Shown piece by piece: positions 56,794 to 64,000 of a stretch of 64,000 bases of DNA. Below the pieces are notes generated by a model, which did not search any database, was not told where the DNA came from, and was given only the letters and a program-made list of their open reading frames with translations. Both the position numbers and the translations under genes were made by a program. This stretch comes from a virus, in IMG/VR virus record IMGVR_UViG_3300028394_002011; one strand, written 5' to 3'. Every line of letters starts with the position of its first letter. The first letter of the stretch is position 1.

Positions 56794-58110
56794 ATGAAAG
56801 TGTTGGATATTATTCGTGAAGGTGCCGCTGGTGAAGGCTTTGAATATGTGTGGAAATTTTTTGCCAAAAGTGCTGCCAAGGATGCGTTTGCCCGAGAAAC
56901 TGTTGAACGCATAGCCACTATTATCCTTAACAAATATACCAAGAAAGGTCTAACACCTCCTCGTGCGGAACTTGATGAACTGCTGGATCGTGCTGTTGCC
57001 AACAGCACATGGAAAGACGATATTAAATTTATTACTGAATTAGAAAAAGAAACTATACGTTATCACAATGCCAAATACCAACAGTGGCTCAAGCAAGGCT
57101 CAGCTGAAGGTGCTACAGTTGGAGAAAAAGTATCTGGTGCAACAAAAGCCAAAATCAAAGAATGGCGTGCCGCATGGGCAAAAAATACAACCGAGAAACT
57201 GATCAACGGTAGTATGTGGGCGTATGCCGGTTATGATATCTATAAAAGTGTTGAGTTTTATAGAGAGAACATAGATGAAGCATTGAGATTATTGGAAATT
57301 GGTCCTGACGGCAAAGACACTGACGGCAGTCCCGGCATATCTCTTAAAGATTTTGAAATATATCACAGAGAACAGTTGGGACAACTGTACATAAACATTT
57401 CCACAGTGCATCCAGCATTGTTTACCAAAATACCAATATTTGGTTGGTTGGCTGTGCCTTTTAGATTAATGGGCACTACAGGCACAGCATTGTGGATGTA
57501 TTTTACCAACATGCCAGGCAGTATGCCGTTCACAGTGCCGGGTCAGCCTGAAGACATGAATCTGCGTCAAGCCATTGCAAAATTGGCTTTGATACAGATG
57601 AAAGACATCCGATGGTTGCCCGGCGGCAGTGAAGAATCAGTGTCCAGTGTGATTGGCCGTCCATTCAAATGGGCTATCGAAGGTTTGAAAGCCTTGTGGA
57701 CCAGTGCTGTGACTGAAGTTTACAAAGGTAAAGAAGTTCCCGAAGTATTATTACCAACACTCTTGCCAGATGATAAAAATTCCACTGGCAAAAAACCAGC
57801 AGACAATAACGCTGAAAAACAATCTGGAAAAGTTACTCCGGCAGATGCCGATCAAAATGCCAGCACTGGTAATGGTTCGTCTTCAGCTAAACCGCCTTAT
57901 GCAAAAGGTCAACCCTACTATCATGCCAGTGACTGGGAAGATATTGGCGGCGGATATGAAAGACACAAGTTCAACGGCACTGTAGCACGAAAAATGTCCG
58001 ATGACGCAAAAAAAGCAACTGTGGGAAATTCGTCTGACGATGAATGGAATGACCTTGGCGGTGGCAACATGGTCAATAGAAAAACTGGTGAAATTCGAGC
58101 CAAGCATTAA
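56794..58110 (+). CDS. Hypothetical late protein (438 aa)
   Basis: Long ORF behind a late promoter; central hydrophobic segment; two C-terminal W.D.GGG repeats. Confidence 0.75.
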   Translation: MKVLDIIREGAAGEGFEYVWKFFAKSAAKDAFARETVERIATIILNKYTKKGLTPPRAELDELLDRAVANSTWKDDIKFITELEKETIRYHNAKYQQWLKQGSAEGATVGEKVSGATKAKIKEWRAAWAKNTTEKLINGSMWAYAGYDIYKSVEFYRENIDEALRLLEIGPDGKDTDGSPGISLKDFEIYHREQLGQLYINISTVHPALFTKIPIFGWLAVPFRLMGTTGTALWMYFTNMPGSMPFTVPGQPEDMNLRQAIAKLALIQMKDIRWLPGGSEESVSSVIGRPFKWAIEGLKALWTSAVTEVYKGKEVPEVLLPTLLPDDKNSTGKKPADNNAEKQSGKVTPADADQNASTGNGSSSAKPPYAKGQPYYHASDWEDIGGGYERHKFNGTVARKMSDDAKKATVGNSSDDEWNDLGGGNMVNRKTGEIRAKH

Positions 58111-58340
58111 AGCAGTGGCATATTAGATTCTTTTGTCGCTTCGATATTTTCAGTGATGACTTCGTAGATAGCTTGGCGATCTTCAAAACTATAGATATGC
58201 AGTAATTCGTTTACTGACACTCCACCCCGCATATACCAACTAATTCTAAATAATTCTTGTTTGAAATGCTTAACTTGTTTGTCAAGCCTAACTAGTTCCT
58301 CGAATATTTCGTCGGTGGTGGATCTAATTAGGCGTCGCCG
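58107..58340 (-). CDS. Coding segment without its own start; probable -1 frameshift extension of the upstream gene (gp51-like position)
   Basis: ELFRISWYMRGGV...EDR..I.E.I.ENIE.TK...PLL looks coding; no ATG until an internal Met; lies in the -1 frame after A-AAT-TTT-TTC. Confidence 0.65.
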   Translation of the reverse strand, partial: RRRLIRSTTDEIFEELVRLDKQVKHFKQELFRISWYMRGGVSVNELLHIYSFEDRQAIYEVITENIEATKESNMPLL

Positions 58341-59161
58341 AAAAAATTTGTGTTGTCTAAATCTACAGAAACTTCTGATTCTGCTTGACAATGAGCACAT
58401 TTAACTGGCCAACTGGGCATAATCCACGCTTCTCGATTAGTGTCAACGTGTTTCTTCAGTTGATCAAACACACTTCTTTCACAGTTAGCTAACCATTCAT
58501 GTATGAATTCTTGATTATCAACAACTTGATTGTCAACTTCAACAGATTCTACACTTTTTAAAAATAAAGAATGTTGTACTACTGTTAGTTCTTCAAATAA
58601 CTCTTTGAATACTTTTTGTTTTTCTACTGGATCATCAATAGCTTCGCCTTGATTTAATTTTTGTTGAAGGTTATAACTGGACAATCCAAAATCGTTAGAT
58701 TCTTTATAAGTTAATGGTCTTGTTTTGATTACAATATTGTCGCTGACAACTAATTTATGATTGTAATGGCAATGCGCATAATGTTCTATTACACGATTTA
58801 AATCAAGATCATAATCGTTATCTTCCTCGCAACTAGGACATATCTGTGTAACTGACATTTCGTTTCCATACGTGGCAATACGTATAGCGGCGTATAGCAT
58901 GTTAGTATCCAACATGTTTACTTGCCAAGCGTCTTTAATTGTTGGACAACAACTTTCCAACATTCTAATAGTGCTTTCACCAGACATTAATGCATCAGGA
59001 GTTTTTAATATAATTTCGTCCATGCCCGTCATTCCGTATACAGGAATGTTTTCAAACTTGCCGCCGTCCAATGAATCAAGACCGTTAAACATGCCTTTAC
59101 TAGGTAAAGTGATATAGATTTTTGGTTGTCTAAAGTACTGCTTGAGTGGATTTTCTGCCAT
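58328..59161 (-). CDS. Baseplate hub/tail assembly protein (T4 gp26-like)
   Basis: NPLKQYFRQPKIYITLPSKG, DEIILKTPDALMSG, LYAAIRIATYG, CPSC...CAHC zinc site, ends NFFGDA. Confidence 0.7.
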   Translation of the reverse strand: MAENPLKQYFRQPKIYITLPSKGMFNGLDSLDGGKFENIPVYGMTGMDEIILKTPDALMSGESTIRMLESCCPTIKDAWQVNMLDTNMLYAAIRIATYGNEMSVTQICPSCEEDNDYDLDLNRVIEHYAHCHYNHKLVVSDNIVIKTRPLTYKESNDFGLSSYNLQQKLNQGEAIDDPVEKQKVFKELFEELTVVQHSLFLKSVESVEVDNQVVDNQEFIHEWLANCERSVFDQLKKHVDTNREAWIMPSWPVKCAHCQAESEVSVDLDNTNFFGDA

Positions 59162-59173
59162 AATTAACTCCGG

Positions 59174-59180
59174 ATAAATA
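59174..59180 (+). promoter_or_regulatory. Late promoter motif (tape measure)
   Basis: ATAAATA. Confidence 0.55.
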
Positions 59181-59191
59181 TAATGTACAGC

Positions 59192-59199
59192 TATTTATA
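59192..59199 (-). promoter_or_regulatory. Late promoter TATAAATA (gp26-like gene)
   Basis: Exact T4 consensus on the minus strand. Confidence 0.6.
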
Positions 59200-59224
59200 T
59201 GCGTACATTTATAGGATATTTTTT

Positions 59225-61858
59225 ATGGCCGACTTTGATTATGTTGCTTTAGCTAAAAACTTATTAGAGGCTTTGTTTGCAGCCGCTAAAGGTGAAAACT
59301 CTGGGCCAGCAAAACCACCCGTTGAATCTACATCAGGCCCGGTTGGCACTAAAATAAACGATCTTATTAACGAATTTGGAAGAGTAGCAGGAGCCGCTGG
59401 CGGTGCAGTTATTGGATTAAACAGTGTAAAAGATGCTGCCAACTCTTGGACTAAAACTGTAGAATACTTGGCTACTCAAGCCGATAAAGCGGGCAAGTCT
59501 TTTGGCGATGCCATACGATACTTTGACTACAACAGACAACTTTCAGTAGATGCACAAAAAGTAGGTATTGGCCAAGGTCAAGGAGTAAGAGCAGAAGGCA
59601 GAGCACAAGGCGCTGGTTACAATAATTTAAAAGATGAAATAGGCGCAATAGGCAAAGCTGGCAACTCTATGACATCTTTTGGTACTTCAGCTGAAGATGC
59701 CAACAATAAATTTGTAGATTTTGGAAAAAAATTACAAGATACGGAACTAGCAGGCAAATTAAAAAGTTTAGGTCTTGTTACTGCAAGAGAAATTGCCAAC
59801 GTGGCTATGCTGGCCGCAGGTGGCAAACAAGACATGTTGAATTCTGCGGAAGGACAAAAAAAATTAGCAGAACAAACAGTTCAACTGGCTGTTGAAATTG
59901 AAAGAACTAAGAATTCTACTGGAAAAAACAGAGATGAAATAATATCAGAAATGATGGAAAGAAAAGCATCTGCTCGAAGTATTCTAGAAGACAGATTATA
60001 TCGTTCGGATGCTGAGCGTCAAGCCGCTGAAAGTTTAAGAACGGCCACATCCGGCATGGGCAAAACCATGCAAGACATTACCAGCACCATTGCGGCTGGT
60101 GGGTATCTCAACAAAACACAACGAACTGAATTGCAAGTGGCCACAGGAGGCCGGGCTGGCCAATACATGGCCGCAGTTCGAGACAACAGACGTACTGCTG
60201 GTCTAGCAGACAACGATCCGCAAAAAATTGCGGCTCAGAAAAGATTAGACGACGAAATTGCAAGAGCCAATGCTTATCAAACAAGTCGTCAATTTGCGCA
60301 ACGTGCCTTAACAACTCAAAATTCTGATCAAAGAGCTGCCGCTGAAAAATTTGCAGTGGAAAACGTTGAAGCTGGTAGACAACGTGCTATAATGAAAGAA
60401 ACTGGAATGACTGCAACTAAGGCTCGTGAAGAATTGAGAAACCGTGGCGACGTAATGTTGGAAAACAGAACTGCGGAAGGATTCAAACGGCCGTTGGGAG
60501 CTCCAGGTACACTAAATGAAGGAGCCCGCCCTGCACAAATTATGCAGGATGCTGTTGAGTCATTTAGAAAAAATGCGGCCGCTATGACAAAATCATTAGC
60601 TGATATGAATGAAGAACTAGGAAGGAGTCCGGGGTTATTGAAAGGATTAACCACAACCACAACAGTTGGCGGCGCAGTTCCTGGTGGCATGACACAAGAT
60701 CAAGCTGATGCTAATGCTAAAAAGAATATTGAAACTCTCAAAGATACAGTGGGCATGGGTAAAGCCAAAGAAGGCGAAGAAGCTGGCGGCACTGGTGAAG
60801 GATTAAAGAATTTACGAAACAAAACAAAAGACAAAAGAGAACATGGTACACTAGGTGAACTTGGAGTACCTACTGAACCCAAAGATGTAGTAGCAAAATT
60901 GCATAAAGGCGAAACTGTAGCTACTCCTGAACAATTAAGAAATCTAATGTCAGGTTCAGCTAATAATGCCATAAGCGAATTAATGAAATCAGCAACTGTT
61001 AAAACATCATCTGCTAGCCCGGCTAACAATGCCATAAGCGAATCAATGAAGTCGGCAAATGTTAAAACATCATCTGCTAGCCCGGCTAACAATGCCATAA
61101 GCGAATTAATGAAGTCGGCAAATGTTAAAACATCAACTGCTAGTAAATCAAATAATGATGGTATTGATATTTCTAAAATTACTTCAGGACTTAAAGAAAT
61201 AACAACCACTATCAGTTCAGTTAGTGGCGGTGGTTCTACAACTAGATCAACTGTTGAAAATGATGATGCTAAAGCCGCTAAGAAAGAATTAGAAACAATA
61301 AAAGCACAATTTCAAACAGAAAAGAATGACATACGATCACAAGTAAAAAGCAATTTAGGTCCTGATGCCAAAGGCATGGACGTTGTCCGCGCCATGCGAG
61401 ATAATCCACAAGCCAAAGCGTTAGAAGCACGTATGCAAGAAGCAACTTCTAAGCTATCTGAACGTATCAGTGCAGGTACTACAACTAAGACTGTTACAGA
61501 ACCTAGTATTAATAAAACATCAATCACTGATAGAATGTCTGAAAATTATTCAGACAATATATCTAAAAAACTAGCGTCTATCAAAGATAAGTCTGAAATA
61601 GAAGAACCATTATCTGAAAAATTGTCATCCATTAAAGATAATGTTGAAATAGCAGAACCAGTTGAACCAGAACAACCAAAAGAAGAAACTACATTTGAAG
61701 AACAATCGGATAAAATAAGTCTAAAAGATCTTAACGAACAATTAATTCAGTTAAATACAAGCATACGACAACTAATACAACATAGTGCCGAATCAGTTGA
61801 AACTGCAAGCAAACAAGTTAAAGTTACTAAAAGTTTGTCGGGCAACAGGTTCGCTTAA
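59225..61858 (+). CDS. Tail tape measure protein (putative)
   Basis: Ala/Gln/Lys-rich helical protein; ATG 59225 after AGGA; LHKGETVATPEQL motif; C-terminal LNEQLIQLNTSIRQL. Confidence 0.65.
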   Translation: MADFDYVALAKNLLEALFAAAKGENSGPAKPPVESTSGPVGTKINDLINEFGRVAGAAGGAVIGLNSVKDAANSWTKTVEYLATQADKAGKSFGDAIRYFDYNRQLSVDAQKVGIGQGQGVRAEGRAQGAGYNNLKDEIGAIGKAGNSMTSFGTSAEDANNKFVDFGKKLQDTELAGKLKSLGLVTAREIANVAMLAAGGKQDMLNSAEGQKKLAEQTVQLAVEIERTKNSTGKNRDEIISEMMERKASARSILEDRLYRSDAERQAAESLRTATSGMGKTMQDITSTIAAGGYLNKTQRTELQVATGGRAGQYMAAVRDNRRTAGLADNDPQKIAAQKRLDDEIARANAYQTSRQFAQRALTTQNSDQRAAAEKFAVENVEAGRQRAIMKETGMTATKAREELRNRGDVMLENRTAEGFKRPLGAPGTLNEGARPAQIMQDAVESFRKNAAAMTKSLADMNEELGRSPGLLKGLTTTTTVGGAVPGGMTQDQADANAKKNIETLKDTVGMGKAKEGEEAGGTGEGLKNLRNKTKDKREHGTLGELGVPTEPKDVVAKLHKGETVATPEQLRNLMSGSANNAISELMKSATVKTSSASPANNAISESMKSANVKTSSASPANNAISELMKSANVKTSTASKSNNDGIDISKITSGLKEITTTISSVSGGGSTTRSTVENDDAKAAKKELETIKAQFQTEKNDIRSQVKSNLGPDAKGMDVVRAMRDNPQAKALEARMQEATSKLSERISAGTTTKTVTEPSINKTSITDRMSENYSDNISKKLASIKDKSEIEEPLSEKLSSIKDNVEIAEPVEPEQPKEETTFEEQSDKISLKDLNEQLIQLNTSIRQLIQHSAESVETASKQVKVTKSLSGNRFA
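60959..61144 (+). repeat. Three in-frame 63-bp tandem repeats
   Basis: Units start at 60959, 61022 and 61085, encoding ANNAISE(L/S)MKSA(T/N)VKTS(S/T)AS(P/K). Confidence 0.95.
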
Positions 61859-61873
61859 GGATAATATACTAAT

Positions 61874-63607
61874 ATGTCATGGAAAAAATATTTTACGCCA
61901 GCGGATGTATCATCGTCCCTTAGCCCTATTTCGGGTAATATGGGTGGTGCCAGTCGTCCAGGCCCAAGCCAGACAAATTACAGTAACTACTTGCCTGATG
62001 TGTATACTGGTAGTCCAAATCGTATTGAACGTTATCAGCAATATGAAGTCATGGACAGCGATCCAGAAGTCAATGCGGCTCTGGACATTCTTGCAGAATT
62101 CTGCACACAAAAACTCAAAGACGGCAAAAGTCCGTTCACTGTGCAATGGAGAAACAAAGCTACTAACAGTGAAGTTAGAATATTAGCTGAGTATTTGCAA
62201 CAATGGGTTAAGTTGCAACAGTTTGACATTAGAATTTTTAGAATTTTACGCAATACCTTCAAATACGGTGATTGTTTTTTCATACGTGATCCTGAAACAC
62301 AAAAGTGGAACTGGATGGATCCGAGCAAGTTGGTTAAGGTTATTGTTAACGAAAGCGACGGCAAAAAGCCAGAGCAGTACATAGTTAAAGATCTTGCTCC
62401 TAACTTTATGAGTTTAGTTGCCACCCAGATCACTGCCAATATTAACCCTAAAAATGCAGGCGGTGGATTACCCAACAGCGGCCTAACAGGCATGGCCGCA
62501 AACAAAGGCACTAACGGATCTTTTCCAACAAGTGGTGGTTCAAATAGATTTGGTATCAGCGAAACTGAACATGCTATTGATGCAGAACATGTGATTCATT
62601 TGAGTTTAAGCGAAGGTTTAGACAACAATTTTCCATTTGGTAACAGTTTACTCGAAAATATTTTTAAAGTTTATAAACAGAAAGAATTGCTTGAAGATGC
62701 AATTTTAATCTATCGTATACAACGTGCTCCAGAACGTAGAGTGTTCCATATTGACGTAGGCAACATGCCAAGTCACTTGGCTATGGCATTTGTAGAACGT
62801 GTTAAAAACGAAATCCATCAAAGACGTATTCCAAGTCAAAGCGGTGGCGGACAAAACGTTATTGATTCAGCTTATAATCCACTAAGCATTAACGAAGATT
62901 ACTTTTTTCCAACAACGGCTGAAGGTCGCGGCAGTAAGGTAGAAACACTTGCGGGCGGAACAAATCTTGGCGAAATTGACGATTTAAAGTATTTTACTAA
63001 CAAGTTATTTCGTGGTTTACGTATTCCTAGTAGCTACTTACCAACAGGTGCAGACGATAGCCAAGCAAGTTTTAATGACGGGCGTGTGGGCACAGCATAC
63101 ATTCAAGAATTGCGATTCAACAAGTATTGTGAACGATTACAAGCACTGGTAGCAACTGTTTTTGATGTGGAATTCAAACGATTCATGTATTTTAAAGGCA
63201 TGAACATAGATGCAAACTTGTTTGAATTAAAGTTTAATCCACCATTAAATTTTGCAAGTAGCAAGCAAGCCAGCATTGATGCTGAACGTATCAACACATT
63301 TAACACAGTGCAAGCTGTGCCTTACATGAGCAAACGATTTGCACTAAAACGTTTCTTGGGATTGACAGACGAAGAAGTAGCAGAAAACGAACGCATGTGG
63401 GGCGAAGAAAGCGGCAAAGGGCAACCAACTAGCACTGATGCTGCCGGTGAACTGCGTAGTGCAGGACTTAGTGCCGCTGGTATTGAAGGTGATTTAGGAG
63501 CCGCAGGTGACATGACTCCTCCAGAAGACATGGAAGATAATATGCCTGAAGAAGGAGCCGTTGCACCAGTTGCACCTGCAGGCCCAGCAACTCCTCCCGC
63601 CGCATAA
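61874..63607 (+). CDS. gp20: Portal protein (T4 gp20-like)
   Basis: LLEDAILIYRIQRAPERRVFHIDVGNMP, SINEDYFFP..EGRGSKVETL.GG.NLGEIDDLKYF. Confidence 0.95.
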   Translation: MSWKKYFTPADVSSSLSPISGNMGGASRPGPSQTNYSNYLPDVYTGSPNRIERYQQYEVMDSDPEVNAALDILAEFCTQKLKDGKSPFTVQWRNKATNSEVRILAEYLQQWVKLQQFDIRIFRILRNTFKYGDCFFIRDPETQKWNWMDPSKLVKVIVNESDGKKPEQYIVKDLAPNFMSLVATQITANINPKNAGGGLPNSGLTGMAANKGTNGSFPTSGGSNRFGISETEHAIDAEHVIHLSLSEGLDNNFPFGNSLLENIFKVYKQKELLEDAILIYRIQRAPERRVFHIDVGNMPSHLAMAFVERVKNEIHQRRIPSQSGGGQNVIDSAYNPLSINEDYFFPTTAEGRGSKVETLAGGTNLGEIDDLKYFTNKLFRGLRIPSSYLPTGADDSQASFNDGRVGTAYIQELRFNKYCERLQALVATVFDVEFKRFMYFKGMNIDANLFELKFNPPLNFASSKQASIDAERINTFNTVQAVPYMSKRFALKRFLGLTDEEVAENERMWGEESGKGQPTSTDAAGELRSAGLSAAGIEGDLGAAGDMTPPEDMEDNMPEEGAVAPVAPAGPATPPAA

Positions 63608-63610
63608 ATA
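63604..63610 (+). promoter_or_regulatory. Late promoter motif overlapping the portal stop codon
   Basis: ATAAATA; only 4 nt before the next ATG, so it may serve a more distal gene or a leaderless mRNA. Confidence 0.35.
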
Positions 63611-63614
63611 CAAG

Positions 63615-63854
63615 ATGATACTTAGAGAATTGTTTTATATTGATCCAAATACTCGTGACTTAGGTAACGAGTTGCGTTATAGCCCCGAGCGTGACGACAC
63701 TATGTTACATACTGACGACACTCGTAAAACAAGATTAACATTAAAACAAATCAATGAACTTAGAAAAAGTAGTGAAGCACATATTCTAGAACAGGAAAAT
63801 GAATTAGAATTTATACATTCAATGTATGCCGCGCCACCGGCCGCACCACAATAA
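63615..63854 (+). CDS. Hypothetical protein downstream of portal
   Basis: MILRELFY...KTRLTLKQINELRK...MY. Confidence 0.7.
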   Translation: MILRELFYIDPNTRDLGNELRYSPERDDTMLHTDDTRKTRLTLKQINELRKSSEAHILEQENELEFIHSMYAAPPAAPQ

Positions 63855-63961
63855 TTAAATAATAGCATAAAATAGGCTAAATTTATGCTATATCTACCCA
63901 CTTTTGTAATTAAAGTGTAAATATATTACAGCCTTGTATCACAAATCACAGGAGAATAAAC

Positions 63962-64000
63962 ATGACTGACCGCGCTCAATTTGAAGCAATGCTTGAAGCT
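63962..64000 (+). CDS. Start of next gene (3'-truncated by window edge)
   Basis: ACAGGAG RBS, then MTDRAQFEAMLEA. Confidence 0.6.
   Translation, partial: MTDRAQFEAMLEA

Noticed and set aside
58341-58400. ATG at 58400 as the true start of the 97-aa ORF
   Set aside because: It lies inside the gp26-like gene without an RBS and gives an implausible N-terminus (MCSLSSRIRSFCRFR); a frameshift explains the coding tail better.
60959-61144. CRISPR-like array
   Set aside because: The repeats are contiguous, in frame and have no unique spacers; no cas genes are present.
9315-63607. Inteins or introns interrupting the AAA ATPase, thyX, gp46/47 or portal genes
   Set aside because: Lengths and motif spacing are ordinary, and no C...HN splice motifs or split reading frames were noticed.
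1-64000. Alternative genetic code (stop-codon reassignment) as seen in some large phages
   Set aside because: Long genes are intact under code 11 and coding density is high with normal TAA/TGA stops.

Overview
This is a 64-kb, AT-rich, densely coding segment of a large T4-like (myovirus-type) dsDNA bacteriophage genome using the standard genetic code. No tRNA, rRNA, CRISPR array, integrase or reverse transcriptase was seen. From left to right: (1) 1-13.8 kb, + strand: a nucleotide-modification/auxiliary region (GT4-type glycosyltransferase fragment, cupin, phosphoribosyltransferase, HIT, CDGSH-like protein, FolE, QueE), an RNase H-like 5'-3' exonuclease, a MoxR-type AAA+/VWA-peptidase pair and ThyX, with near-consensus sigma70 promoters. 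(2) 13.8-18.3 kb, - strand: a six-gene cassette containing four glycosyltransferase-like genes. (3) 18.4-51.9 kb, - strand: a late tail/baseplate block (fibre paralogs, a 4802-aa protein, gp6, gp25, gp5, hub, gp53, gp48/54-like) preceded by T4-late-like ATAAATA motifs. (4) 52-56.3 kb, + strand: gp55 late sigma factor, gp47, gp46 and a GIY-YIG nuclease, followed by a ~470-nt non-coding, heavily base-paired element. (5) 56.8-64 kb: an unknown late protein, a gp26-like gene with an apparent -1 frameshift extension, tape measure and portal gp20. The best candidates for something undescribed are the pseudoknotted RNA-like element directly behind the GIY-YIG gene, the -1 frameshift, and a 7-deazaguanine pathway linked to a glycosyltransferase and a PRTase. 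All family assignments come from motif recognition by eye; no database searches or folding programs were run.
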